NCBI GenBank assembly: GCA_001600815.1
Contig: BCKZ01000001.1
Span: 2,194,158 to 2,214,157, forward strand
Direction: 5' to 3'
DNA from: Alloascoidea hylecoeti
Taxonomy: Eukaryota
Length of the DNA stretch: 20,000 bases
Below are positions 1 through 11,008 of this stretch, piece after piece (within the stretch, counting starts at the first letter, position 1; every line of letters begins with the position of its first letter). The translations under genes and the position numbers were made by a program. The notes beneath the pieces were generated by a model. That model saw nothing but the letters and a program-made list of their open reading frames with translations. It made no database searches and was not told the DNA's origin.

Positions 1-1902
1 GATTCTTCAGATACTTCTAATTCCCTTTTGAATGATGATGGAGATGTTGGAACTGAAAGTGAAAAGGTTAATCGAAATCTCACACAGAAAACAGAGCCAC
101 ATATAACCACAAACAAGGAATCTATAATACATAATGAAACTAAAGCTAATGACACTCCTGCCTTTAATGGTAGTGGGATTAGTGCTGAAAATGGTAATAA
201 CAATGCCAACAACAATGCTAATGATAACAGCACATCCCAAACCCTTGAAAATGATTTCATAGAAGGGACTACAGATACACTTGGAAAGCTTGTATTGGAT
301 ATTTCAATACCAGATCCAAAAATCGATTCTATAATCATAGATGATAATGAAAAGCAATTCAAAGATGATGATAAATTGATCACAAAAAATGGAACTATTA
401 GTAAAGATTCTGTTGAAATTAATGGAAATAACAATCAGCATAAGAAAAAGAAAGGTCTAGATACTTTGGGTGATTATAATAATGACGAAAATAATCAAAT
501 TAAAGTGCAAAAGAAAATTAAAACAATTTCTACAAATATAAAAAATACACCGAGAAAACTCAAAAAGTTACATAAAGATGGTATAAAACCATCTTCTTCT
601 CCTAAAAATAGTCATTCAAACAGTACGGATGATGAATTTCCTTCTGGTGCAATTGTTTTAGCAAAAATTAAAGGGTATCCTTCATGGCCAGCAATGATTT
701 TACCTGAATCCTATGTTCCTAAAAACGTTTTAGCTCAGAAACCAAAAACTTCGTATAAAAAATTAAAACAAAAAACAAAAAAGAATAGACGTAAATCGAA
801 AGTTTCTAAGTCCAATGGCTCTGATGATGATTCTGATGAAGAAACTAGAAATCGAGTCTGGCCGATTCGATTTTTGGCTGATTCTAGTTATGGATGGCCT
901 TCTAAAAAAGAAATGAAATTTTTATCAAAAAATGATGCCGAAGAATATTTAGAAAAAAATCGATATGCTAAGGAAGATCTATTAAATGCCTATAGAGAAG
1001 TTTTAAATCCTCCTAGCCTTGATGATTTTGCACCTCAATATGAAAATAATGATGATGAAATGGAGAGTGAAAATGAATATGATGATGAAATTGAGAGTGA
1101 AGATGAGTATGATGAACCAGAGATAAAAGAAAAGTATAATAAACAGAAGAAACATATTAAATCCGAGTATTATGAAGATGAAGAAGAAGAAGAAGAAGAA
1201 GAAAAAGTTCAAGTAAAAGGGAGAAAATCTTTGAAACAGAAATCAACAGAATCATCGAAGAGAGATAAGACAACGAATATTACTTCTTCCCCTCTAAATA
1301 AACGTAAGCTTGAGAAAGGTGATCGACAAACCGGATCTGCAAAGAAACAAAAAATAAAACCATCAACAATAACGAAGTCTGAGTCAAACAACAACAGAAT
1401 AAAAGAAGAACATCATCATTCAAATTCGAGTTCAAACTCTAGTTCAAATTCTGGCTCGGATTCTCAATCATCAAACCCCAAATACAATCGAATAAAACGT
1501 CGTATTAAGGAAGTCTGGTTCATTAGGCATAAACTACAAAAAGGTTTATTACAACCACCAACATTCCCTAATGAAGAAGAATTAGAAAAGATAAACTTAG
1601 TTTTCATTCGATTAGAAAATATTAAAGATATGGAATTTGATGTTATTAAAGACACCAAAATAAATAAAGTGTTAAAAGCAATTGTTAAGACACCAAATTT
1701 AGAATTTAAAGAAAGTTTTAAATATCATGAAAGATCGTTAAAACTATTAAGAGCCTGGAATCCAGTAATAGTTTCCAATAACGATGGTCATCACAGAACT
1801 GCATCAAGTTCATCTCCTGCTCCCCTTAATAATAGTACACCAACAAGACCTTTGGGGCTCTCGCGTGTCTCTCCTCCGATCATAAAGGATATTGAGGATT
1901 AA
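1..1902 (+). CDS. PWWP-domain chromatin protein (Pdp3/Ioc4-like), 5'-truncated by the window edge
   Basis: Frame is open from base 1, so the TTG at 28 is not the true start. PWWP domain FPSGAIVLAKIKGYPSWPAMI...WPIRFLADSSYGW; acidic and Lys-rich low-complexity linker; C-terminal helical module EVWFIRHKLQKGLL...TKINKVLKAIVK...LLRAW resembling the TFIIS-N/IBD-like domain of fungal PWWP proteins. Confidence 0.85.
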   Translation, partial: DSSDTSNSLLNDDGDVGTESEKVNRNLTQKTEPHITTNKESIIHNETKANDTPAFNGSGISAENGNNNANNNANDNSTSQTLENDFIEGTTDTLGKLVLDISIPDPKIDSIIIDDNEKQFKDDDKLITKNGTISKDSVEINGNNNQHKKKKGLDTLGDYNNDENNQIKVQKKIKTISTNIKNTPRKLKKLHKDGIKPSSSPKNSHSNSTDDEFPSGAIVLAKIKGYPSWPAMILPESYVPKNVLAQKPKTSYKKLKQKTKKNRRKSKVSKSNGSDDDSDEETRNRVWPIRFLADSSYGWPSKKEMKFLSKNDAEEYLEKNRYAKEDLLNAYREVLNPPSLDDFAPQYENNDDEMESENEYDDEIESEDEYDEPEIKEKYNKQKKHIKSEYYEDEEEEEEEEKVQVKGRKSLKQKSTESSKRDKTTNITSSPLNKRKLEKGDRQTGSAKKQKIKPSTITKSESNNNRIKEEHHHSNSSSNSSSNSGSDSQSSNPKYNRIKRRIKEVWFIRHKLQKGLLQPPTFPNEEELEKINLVFIRLENIKDMEFDVIKDTKINKVLKAIVKTPNLEFKESFKYHERSLKLLRAWNPVIVSNNDGHHRTASSSSPAPLNNSTPTRPLGLSRVSPPIIKDIED

Positions 1903-2462
1903 AGATATTAATGATGACATCGAAATTCCAGTGGTATATTGGAATTATACTATGATAAAAACATATTTGTTATCTTTTATGATTTGCATATAGCTATGAT
2001 TGTGCTTTTGTATTGCACAAGTTTTTTCTCATTAAAATTAAATAGTTTTTTTCATATTTCAAAACTGTTTTTCTTTTTTTGTTCGCTTATTATATGCTAC
2101 TTGTACTTTATCAGCTGCATTAATCACAAACAAAAGACCGCTTATGTCGGATTTATCAATTGCAAAATGATTTTTGGTATTTCTCAAGTTTAATATATCT
2201 ATTGAAGGGTATACCTTATAAAAATTGATAAGTACAATTAAATAAATAGCTAATAAATAACACACAATCAAATAAATATATAATGTAATATAGTTTAGTA
2301 ATGCCTTGGGGAATAATTTAGGCTAAGAGCCTGGTAAAAGGATAGTCGGGGTAGTCCGAGAGGCTAACTTAATATATAAAAACATCCCAATCTCCCATTG
2401 CAATTCACTTAGTAACTATATCGTTATTTTTCACAATTACAACCCATTAAATATAAAACGAC

Positions 2463-3632
2463 ATGTCTGATTTTGAAAAGAAGGAAATCAACAAATTTAA
2501 CGAAGCTGCAGAATCAATTCGCTCAAAATTGATTCCTGAATTGTCTAAACCACGGGTACTAATTATTTGTGGGTCTGGTCTTGGTGGGATCGCTGAAGTT
2601 TTACATCCAGAGCCAATCATTGATATTCCTTATAATGAGATTCCTCACTTTAAACACTCTACAGGTATATTGTTTATTTATTTCTGAAGAATACAGATTG
2701 ATAATAATATTAACATCGATTTCTGAATTCGTAGTACAAGGACACGCGGGGAAACTACTGATCGGATTTATTGGGAAGAAAAAGGTCCCTGTTGTTTGCA
2801 TGGTTGGAAGGCTTCAGTAGGTTTCAATTTTGCTATTTAACCATTTACCATATATCCAATTGTTTATAACTAACATGTATTTTTCAGTTATTATGAAGGA
2901 CATGACTTTGCAGATACTGTTTTCCCCGTGAGGGTTGCCAAGGTTTTGGGAATTGAGACTTTAGTTGGTATGTTTATAATATTACTCTTTCTACTATGAT
3001 GATATTAACTGATATCAATAGCTACAAACGCAGCTGGGGGATTAAATCGAGGTTTCAAGGCAGGGGATATTATGGTCATAAATGATGTATGTTTTAATAA
3101 CGATTGCAAAAATGAATTACATTCACAAAAATATATTAACAAATATATATAGCATATAAATATGCCTGGATTTTCTGCTGGTGGTTCTTTAAGAGGGCCA
3201 AATTTAGATTCATTTGGTCCTCGATTTTTACCACTATCAGATGCTTACGATCTCAACTTGCGAAAATTATTTTTTGAAACAGCAAAGGATTCAAATATTT
3301 CAAGAGCAATTCATGAAGGTGTATATGTATTTGTGTCCGGTCCAACTTATGAAACAAGAGCAGAATCAAGATTTCTACATTTGGTTGGCGCTGATGCCGT
3401 TGGAATGAGCACTGTTGCTGAAGTTATTACCGCGAGACATTCTGGTTTGAAGGTTTTCGCTTTGAGTTTAATTACAAATGAATCAGTGGTTGATCCAACT
3501 CCTAAAGTGGGTGATGAAGAAGCCAAAAAGATGGATCAAGGTATTGCATCTCATGCTGAAGTTATTGAAAATGCTAATTTGGCATCTAAAGATGTTCAGA
3601 AATTGATAGCTGGTTTTGTTGCACAGTTATAA
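2463..3632 (+). CDS. PNP1: Purine nucleoside phosphorylase; exons 2463-2664, 2735-2816, 2888-2967, 3022-3086, 3153-3632 (302 aa)
   Basis: Four GT-AG introns (70, 71, 54, 66 nt) splice in frame to give the canonical motifs IICGSGLGG, STVQGHAGKL, GRLHYYEG, TNAAGGLN, NDHIN, GPTYETRAE, GADAVGMST and SLITN. Spliced length is 909 nt. Confidence 0.96.
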
Positions 3633-3699
3633 CCATAGCCAATGAATATATATTAATTTATATGAAATATGGTATATAATAAAAATAATATATATAAAA

Positions 3700-6276
3700 T
3701 CATATCGGGAAAAAGAAAAAATTAACTCGAAAGTTTCCCTGTAATTGTTGTTGATTTGGAGGGCCATTTCTTTGTCTCATCCTTTGTGCTCTATAAATAA
3801 AAATGGAAAATATAACAAAACAAGCTAAAAAGAATAGAACGATTGACAGCTCAATAGAAGATACTTCATTATTTTTATCTTTTGTGTTAGTATCTTCTTC
3901 CATAAAAGTAGAAGTAAAGATTGATTTAGCTAATAGTAAGTAATCTTTCCAAGATCTGATAATATTTTCATCTTCCGTCAAAGTTATCTCTTTTCCGCCG
4001 GTTAATTTATTCCAAATGGCTTTTAGTCTTAATCTTAGTAACGATAAATTCACAGCAAAACTTGCCTTTGGATTTCTTTCCAATGCAGCATCATAATATC
4101 TTTTGCTTAGGTGAAAATCTCTAAGAACACCCAGGCCATTTTCATACATCCAGCCCATATTCCATCTAGCGATTGAGGACATGTGTTCCAAATCTGCGGC
4201 AGTTTGATAACACATCGCAGCTTTTTCATAATCTTTCTCTGTCCCAATTCCATTGAAATAGAAATCACCCATTACTACTAAAGAATCGACATTTAAATTT
4301 TTTGAGGACCTTGTAAAATAGTTTAAGGCTGCTCTTTTTTTCTCTTCCGAGATCTCAGGTTTTGGAAGTAGCATACTAGATATTGGATATAAAATCGAAG
4401 CAGCAGAAGATTGAGCGATTTCGAACCCTTGTTCAGCAGCCATTGAATAACCTATTAAAGCCAGATTATTATTACCATTGAGAAATTGATTAAAAGACCA
4501 TTCCAAAGAACTTGTAAAAGGTTCCAATTTCTCAACAAAGGTTTTATAGAGGGTGACAGTGTATTCACACTCTATTTTCCCGTTTTCTCTATTTTCGTAT
4601 AATTGTGCTAAACAGAATAAGGCTTCAATGTTGCCATTATAAGCAGATTTACTTAAATGCTCGAAAGCTGCTTTAATATCCCCTGACAAATAATCCAGTT
4701 TCCCTAAATTTTTCATTGCTAAATATTTTTGTTCTTTGGCTAAATAATCACCACCCGCAAGATCAATACTAATAGCTTTTCTATAGTATGACATAGCTTT
4801 ATCATAGTCTAAATCATATTCGTAGCCATATTCATGCATAATACCAAGACCATTTAAGGTGACGATATCAGTAACCCTATTTGAATAACTGTTAGATCTT
4901 TCAAACCATTTTTTAGCCAATGGAAAATTTTGTGGGATTGAACCATCTCCTCGTAGATATAGCATGCCTAAGATTCCAGCACATTTAACAGAACTATAAA
5001 CTTGAACATCAGAAAAGCCTTTGGGCTGATCATGTTCTTGGTCTTCATCTTCCGTAGGCCAGATAGTCGAAGCACATTCCTTGGCATATTTATAAGCCAA
5101 TTCATAATTTCTAGCCTTAAATTTAATGCCAGAATAAAATAGAGAAGACTTTTTATATTTGTAAAATTCGTTACTTAATTCAGGTTTTGTTTCAATTAAT
5201 AATTCAACATCCGAAGCATCTGTTTTTAAATCTTTTAAAAAAGTATTAAAAGTATTGATCATTTCACCAGAATTTGCACCAAATATACCACCATTAGCAT
5301 CAGATATTCTAAAGCCAAAATTTGATAAATGCAATCCATCGGCTGGTCCTGATAACAAATATTCATAACCTAAATTTGCAGCTTGAGAATAATAGTTTAA
5401 TGATATGCCACAATCTGATTCAGTTGCGATACCGTTGAAATATCTATATCCAAGCGCCATTTTTGCTTTCAAATTACCAAGGTCAGAAGATAATTGATAA
5501 TACAGATTGGCTTTTGATTGGCTTTGTGGTATTGAACCAAATAAACCGGTTGAATACATAAATCCAAGTATATAATACGCGGTGGAATTTGGTGATAAAT
5601 GAGTTAATTGCTTATAATAATATAAAGAAAGTGGATAATTTGTTGGATAAGAATAATTTCCGTATAGATTTATTTCACCCAGTAAAAATAAACTATCAAC
5701 ATTACCCATTGAAGCAGATTTTTCAAGTAAAAGTTTTGCTTTAGTACGATTTTCGCCAAGCTGGATATTATTTTTATTATCACTTTGGATTCTATTATCA
5801 CTATTTAAATGAGAACCAATCTTGAACTTAGTATAATTATTTATTAATGAAATTATTTTAGATTTGAATGAGTTTAAATTTAAAAGCCTTAAGGTTTGAT
5901 TTATGATCTTTTTGGTTGGGATTTCATTGATGATCTCCGTGTAGGAGATATCATTATCATTTTTAACATTAATATTTATGTTGCCATTATTATTTATAAA
6001 AGTTTCAAAAGGATCATTTGGAATTTCTGATAAGATTGACATTGCGGAATTAAATAATGACTGAGATTCATTCAAAGGAATTTGATTATTATTATGAGTT
6101 TGTGACCAAATGACATGTTGATATTGATCATGAGGTTGAAGATTAAAAGAAATGACTTTTCGGGATGATATCAGACAAAAAAGAAGATCTGTTTGAAAAG
6201 AAAGTTAATATATAATTCATGGTTATTATAATTGATATTACGTACTGGTTATAATTGAAATTGAAATTGCCAGCAT
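3700..6276 (-). CDS. HRD3: ERAD ubiquitin-ligase component Hrd3/SEL1L; exons 6276-6246 and 6188-3700 (839 aa)
   Basis: Multiple Sel1-like repeats (AYYILGFMYSTG, AKMALGYRYFNG, AAEQGFEIAQ, VVMGDFYFNGIG, WNMGWMYENGLGV, DFHLSKRYYD) and a C-terminal TM helix. A 57-nt intron 6245-6189 (GTACGT...TATTAAC...CAG) joins an upstream ATG in frame and yields a signal-peptide-like start MLAISISIITNLLFCLISS. Confidence 0.93.
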
Positions 6277-6487
6277 TTTAAATAAAACATGAGATGATAT
6301 ATAAAAAGATGAAAACCACAAACAAAAACAAATAAATAAGTGAATAAATATGAATAAAATATGTCAAGAAAGTTGTCTACGTTTTTGTGTGTTATCATTA
6401 TCCTCACTACATCCTTACACCCATCTCCCATTTCTCCAAATCTATACCAAATAAATAATATTTATTAAAACAACAATCACATACGAA

Positions 6488-6817
6488 ATGGACAAAGAAA
6501 CAACCTTCCCCGAATCCACCATCACCAGACTTTTCTCAATGGTGTCCTTTTCTGACACAAAGACGCGAATTTCTCAAGAAACCTTAGCCCTCGCAACCGA
6601 ATATTTGCGTATCTTTACACGGGAAGCAATATGGAGAGCTGATCAAGAACTTCACAATGAAATTGAGAAGGAGAAAAAGTTAGCCGATCAAGGTGCCGAT
6701 TTTCAAGACATAAATGATAGTACAGATCAACACAAAAAAAGAAAGCATAATAATAATAATGCTTTGGATGTCGAACATTTGGAAACAATTGCTGGTACTT
6801 TAGTTCTTGATTTTTAA
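6488..6817 (+). CDS. MHF2: CENP-X / MHF histone-fold complex subunit 2
   Basis: 109-aa histone fold with TRISQETLALATEYLRIFTREAIWRA and the typical C-terminus LDVEHLETIAGTLVLDF. Confidence 0.9.
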   Translation: MDKETTFPESTITRLFSMVSFSDTKTRISQETLALATEYLRIFTREAIWRADQELHNEIEKEKKLADQGADFQDINDSTDQHKKRKHNNNNALDVEHLETIAGTLVLDF

Positions 6818-6854
6818 GTTTTTAGTTACTAATTACAATTAACCCATATCTAAC

Positions 6855-8597
6855 TTATTTTTGCCTTTCGGCTGGATTTATATACAGAAATTTGTCAGCA
6901 TTTAATATTCTATGTGGGTCTAATGCCATTTTAATCTTCCTCAGAACATCAATTGGCACCTCTCCAATTTCATTTCGTAATAGAGATCTTTTATTTATAT
7001 CGGTATTGATACATGTTCCGTTATAGTCGATCACTCTTTGAAGCATCTTTTCCAATGATTTGGTGACTTCTTCAAAATCAGATTTGTCATAAAGTAAAAA
7101 AGTATGGAAATTTCCATCTTCATTCACAACATTAATATTACCGAAGATTGAAATCTTAATACCTAAATTTTGGAAGTCTTCATCTGTCTCTTTAATTAGC
7201 ATGTTCAATTTTGAAATGGGCACTGAAATATTTGTTTTTATTATTTGAGTATTTGAATTTGCTAATGCTTTTATATTTATAGATTCTTTTTCAACATTTG
7301 ATAACTCAAAATCTAGTGCATTATTTTCCTTCGATAAATTTTCAATCATATCTATATTATTATTAATATTATTATCGGATTTGAATTTAAATGATAATGT
7401 TGGATGCTCTTCTAAGGTTTTGTATTCACCAGTTGTTCTATCAGATGTATTTATAAATTTTATCATATTTGAATCTAAAAGTTCAATTTCAACATCATCA
7501 ATTTTATTATGATTGTTATTCTTTTTTAAATCTAAAATCGTATTTATTGCATCTTCATTGTTCTTAAATTTTGCAATTGCAATTGGAGATGGTTTTTCAT
7601 TTCCACTTTTTAGTTGTTTAATTTTGACATTAACTTTTAGTTCTATTTCAGTGATAATTCCTAAAGTACCCTCAGAACCAATAAATAGATTTTTCAAATC
7701 ATAATCAGAAAGTTTAGAGTCCTTTGTTTTTAATATTGTACCATCTGCTAATACAACAGTTAATGATGAAATTTTATTATTTGGACAGGAATTCAAAGTT
7801 GAAATAGTTTCATCAATTTTATAGTTCTTATAATTATTATAGTCAAAGCCTATGACTGAACTTTTTCTATCAAATAATAAGCCTTTTGAATCGAGGTATT
7901 CGTCTAATTCTTCATATTCAATACCAGATTGTATAATAATATTATACTCCTCATTTGATTTTTGATTTGCTTCTTCATTTATTTCTAAAATTTTATTTAA
8001 TTTACCACTATCCAAATACAATCCATCCAAATATATTTCGAAAATTTCAGACGATGATACTGACCTAACAGGTATGTAATAGTGATGACAAATCTTCATT
8101 ATTTTTGAGACTTCCTCAGTGGTTTTGGGATATGCAATAAGTGAAGGTTTTTCTCTTTTGTTATGATCGATATTCGTGACATTTTCCTCGCCTATAAGAA
8201 CGCCAATTTCTTTAAAAGCAGTTTGATAATCTTTTTTATTCCCATATTTCAATTCTTTTAGATCACTTAGTGGAGTTGTTGAAGTATGCGGAAAAAGAAA
8301 TGGCGGCGCTGCATTGACTATTCTTATAGCTGATAGTCCTGTTCCAATTAAAATTCCACCAACGAAAATTGATGCCCATACGAAAGGATTAAATGATGAT
8401 TTTGGAGAGCCTTCATTGAAGGTGTTGTTTTTATTTGAATTTGAATTTTTGTGTGATTTTTTATGTGTTTGTGTTTTAGGTCTTCTTGATGAGGTACTGT
8501 ATCTAAGAAAGACATAAGTATTGGTAGGCTTTCCAAAAGCTGGATAATTTAAATACTTAGAGCTGATTGACACAGAATGTCTTAAAACCCGATCCAT
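6855..8597 (-). CDS. D-lactate dehydrogenase (cytochrome) Dld1-like FAD-binding oxidoreductase, strongly degenerate at cofactor and catalytic motifs (580 aa)
   Basis: First ATG at 8597. Arg/Ser-rich mitochondrial-type presequence plus TM segment FVWASIFVGGILIGTGLSAI. Retained motifs YPKTTEEVSKIMKICH, LTVVLADGTILKT, YDLKNLFIGSEGTLGIITE, DGNFH and KMALDPHRILNADK. Catalytic motifs are missing (see findings). Confidence 0.85.
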   Translation of the reverse strand: MDRVLRHSVSISSKYLNYPAFGKPTNTYVFLRYSTSSRRPKTQTHKKSHKNSNSNKNNTFNEGSPKSSFNPFVWASIFVGGILIGTGLSAIRIVNAAPPFLFPHTSTTPLSDLKELKYGNKKDYQTAFKEIGVLIGEENVTNIDHNKREKPSLIAYPKTTEEVSKIMKICHHYYIPVRSVSSSEIFEIYLDGLYLDSGKLNKILEINEEANQKSNEEYNIIIQSGIEYEELDEYLDSKGLLFDRKSSVIGFDYNNYKNYKIDETISTLNSCPNNKISSLTVVLADGTILKTKDSKLSDYDLKNLFIGSEGTLGIITEIELKVNVKIKQLKSGNEKPSPIAIAKFKNNEDAINTILDLKKNNNHNKIDDVEIELLDSNMIKFINTSDRTTGEYKTLEEHPTLSFKFKSDNNINNNIDMIENLSKENNALDFELSNVEKESINIKALANSNTQIIKTNISVPISKLNMLIKETDEDFQNLGIKISIFGNINVVNEDGNFHTFLLYDKSDFEEVTKSLEKMLQRVIDYNGTCINTDINKRSLLRNEIGEVPIDVLRKIKMALDPHRILNADKFLYINPAERQK

Positions 8598-8758
8598 TCC
8601 CAATCGCAATTTATAGATAATTATATATACCTAATTATAAGTTTTGAGATTTAAGAAGGTTTTGGTTTTTCGTTTAAAATTGTTACAATTGGCTCTACAC
8701 TTTGAAAAACGCTGAGTCAGTTATTACGTACAACTTATACTTACTACGATTCTAACTC

Positions 8759-9721
8759 CTATCTCGTTGCATATGGAAGCTTTCTATGGGATCTGCTAAC
8801 AATTTCCACAAAATTGGGTTCGTTTTCTGCCGTAATGAAGCCATGTCTTATCAAAAAATCAATAAAACAAAGAGCAGTATTTGGCTTAAAATTTCCTTTA
8901 CTCATTTCTAATTGTAATTGCTCAACACTCATAATTATAAACCTTTCAACTTCACCATCAACAGGTCGTAAATTAATTACCTGTTCTTCAGTCAATTCAA
9001 GATCATAAGTATATTCAACCTCGGGTTGTACTGCACTCTCAATTGAACTTGAACTTTGAAAGATATAACTTAAAACACCTGTTTGTTTGGCATTCTTGTA
9101 AACAAATTCTTCATCTAATCCAGCTTCTTCGGAACATTCTTTAGCAACTGTTTCAATCGCATTGTATGGATAACCCAACCCACCAGCAACTGTATTATCA
9201 AGTAAGCCTGGCCATGTTTGTTTCGTTGAAGATCTTTTTGCAACAACCACTTTTAACTCACTATCATTACTCTTGGAAGCAGGTATATATCCAATCAGAT
9301 GCACTCCATAAGTAATAAATCCAAACAAAAAGGAAGCAACCCTTTCAATTAGCATGTACAGCTTTTTAGATGGATTATAAATAGCATATTTTTCTTCTCT
9401 CCAACCTTCTAAAGCATTATCAAACTTTTTATTTTTACGCCATGTATTTGAAATTATATTGAAAGCATGCGTTCTTTTGTCTACTGTGTTTAAAACTGAT
9501 GAAATTGTTACTGTTCTTTTAACGTGATCGAATATAAAATAGTTATCATTCGAAAAATCTTCCTCGAGTGCTTCAACAACATATGGTAATAGAATTCCAA
9601 TTGATCCTCCGATGTCTGCAATTAATGTATACACCTTGTCTTTGAAAATTGAGTATTCTGAGTCAGATTCATAAGGAAAACTATCAACGCGTGATAATAG
9701 ATCTAAAGTTGATAATCCCAT
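8759..9721 (-). CDS. Nudix hydrolase of the YJR142W / Tnr3 N-terminal (thiamine-diphosphate-related) family
   Basis: GWREEKYAIY, FGFITYGVH, KRSSTKQTWPGLLDNTVAGG, Nudix box GGLGYPYNAIETVAKECSEEAGL, QPEVEYTYDL, DGEVE and FKPNTALCFIDFLIRHG. Confidence 0.9.
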   Translation of the reverse strand: MGLSTLDLLSRVDSFPYESDSEYSIFKDKVYTLIADIGGSIGILLPYVVEALEEDFSNDNYFIFDHVKRTVTISSVLNTVDKRTHAFNIISNTWRKNKKFDNALEGWREEKYAIYNPSKKLYMLIERVASFLFGFITYGVHLIGYIPASKSNDSELKVVVAKRSSTKQTWPGLLDNTVAGGLGYPYNAIETVAKECSEEAGLDEEFVYKNAKQTGVLSYIFQSSSSIESAVQPEVEYTYDLELTEEQVINLRPVDGEVERFIIMSVEQLQLEMSKGNFKPNTALCFIDFLIRHGFITAENEPNFVEIVSRSHRKLPYATR

Positions 9722-9818
9722 TATATTTGTATATATATTGTATACTGAGAATATTTATATGATTGAATTGTTAATGGTTTAGGGGACATTTATTATCGTT
9801 AATAGCTATGCGTGTATA

Positions 9819-9827
9819 TTACCCGGA
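9819..9827 (+). promoter_or_regulatory. Reb1-type site TTACCCGGA in the 168-bp divergent promoter between the Nudix gene and ATS1
   Basis: Exact match to the Reb1 consensus TTACCCG in a short bidirectional intergenic region. Confidence 0.5.
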
Positions 9828-9889
9828 TCATATTAAAAAGGTTAATAAACCAAACTCAATGAATATTTCGACTAATTTTAACGTATTTT

Positions 9890-11008
9890 ATGAGTAAAAA
9901 AGTGCAATTGTTAGGTTTGGGGTCAAACGGGAAATCGCAATTGGGTCATTTATCAATTGAAGATACAAGGATTCCAATTCCATCGATTTTTTTAATAAAT
10001 AATGAAAAAACAATTGATTTACCATTTAAAATAAAGCAGGTTATTTGTGGGGGGTCCCATACTTTGGTTTTAACAAGTGACAATGATATTTATATATCTG
10101 GTGATAATTCGAAAGGTCAATTAAATATAAAACTAAATCATAATGATAATGAAGGTGAAGGTGAAAAGGAGATTAATCAAATTAGTTGTTTCACACCAGT
10201 TGAAGGGAAATGGAAATTAGCAAGTGCAGGATTTGACTACACATGCCTTGTATCATTAGAAAATGAAGTATACGTGTGTGGTGAAGGTCCAAAAGGCCAA
10301 TTAGGATTACGTATCAGAAATTTAAGAATGATCAAAAAAATTCCAATAAAGTTTATTTCTAATATTATCAGTATAAAATCAAGTATTAATCATACAATTT
10401 TATTATTAGAAAATGGTGATGTTTGGGGATGGGGTTCTGGAAGGCATGGTCAAATTCCAAACACAATTATATCTAATAATAATGATAAAAATATATTTTG
10501 GTATCCAGTGAAACTTGACATTGATCCAGTTTTTGATATATCTGTTGGTGTTACATTTTCATTATTTAAATTTAAAGATATGAGTTATAAGATCTTTGGT
10601 AAAGATAAACATTCAACAAATATACATTTAAAGTTAATACCGAAAAATAATAATAGTATTGCTGATTCTAAACGAAACTCAAAATTAGATTGTGGTTGGT
10701 CATTTACTTATTTGCATGATACGTTTGAATCCAAAATTTATAAATTATCATCTCATTTGGTTGCTAATTCATACGAGGATTTAACACCGTTACTTGAAAA
10801 TGTTAAACTAATGGCAGTTGGAAGCGAACATGTCATTGCTTTATTAAAGAATGGGAAAGTGGCCGGCTTAGGTTGGAATGAGCATGGGAATTGTGGTCAT
10901 GGAGAAAGCAATGATGGTGACGGCATTATAATAAATGGGTTGAAGACAGTTTTAAACCTATTTGCTGGTTGTGCTACTTCATGGATTGTGGTAGAAGAAT
11001 CTAGCTAA
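9890..11008 (+). CDS. ATS1: RCC1-repeat protein, Ats1/Kti13 family (Elongator-pathway tRNA modification factor)
   Basis: RCC1 repeats (GSNGKSQLG, CGGSHTLVL, GDNSKGQL, GEGPKGQLG, WGWGSGRHGQ) with the Ats1-typical GSEH...GWNEHGNCG and C-terminal GCATSWI. Confidence 0.8.
   Translation: MSKKVQLLGLGSNGKSQLGHLSIEDTRIPIPSIFLINNEKTIDLPFKIKQVICGGSHTLVLTSDNDIYISGDNSKGQLNIKLNHNDNEGEGEKEINQISCFTPVEGKWKLASAGFDYTCLVSLENEVYVCGEGPKGQLGLRIRNLRMIKKIPIKFISNIISIKSSINHTILLLENGDVWGWGSGRHGQIPNTIISNNNDKNIFWYPVKLDIDPVFDISVGVTFSLFKFKDMSYKIFGKDKHSTNIHLKLIPKNNNSIADSKRNSKLDCGWSFTYLHDTFESKIYKLSSHLVANSYEDLTPLLENVKLMAVGSEHVIALLKNGKVAGLGWNEHGNCGHGESNDGDGIIINGLKTVLNLFAGCATSWIVVEESS

Noticed and set aside
1003..1658. Hydrophobic minus-strand ORFs (poly-Phe and others)
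   Set aside because: Antisense shadows of the Glu/Lys-rich PWWP gene. The same applies to the small ORFs opposite the DLD1-like, Nudix, RRM and pol sequences.
1939..2271. Overlapping 84-aa and 70-aa ORFs downstream of the PWWP gene
   Set aside because: TTG starts, composition driven by T/A tracts, no recognisable domain; likely 3' UTR or intergenic.
6249..6431. 60-aa minus-strand ORF upstream of HRD3
   Set aside because: Out of frame with HRD3 exon 1 and spans the divergent promoter; no evidence that its ATG is transcribed.
8713..8719. Gcn4/AP-1 site TGAGTCA upstream of the DLD1-like gene (another at 12553-12559 in an intron)
   Set aside because: Single 7-mers are expected by chance in 20 kb; no supporting context.
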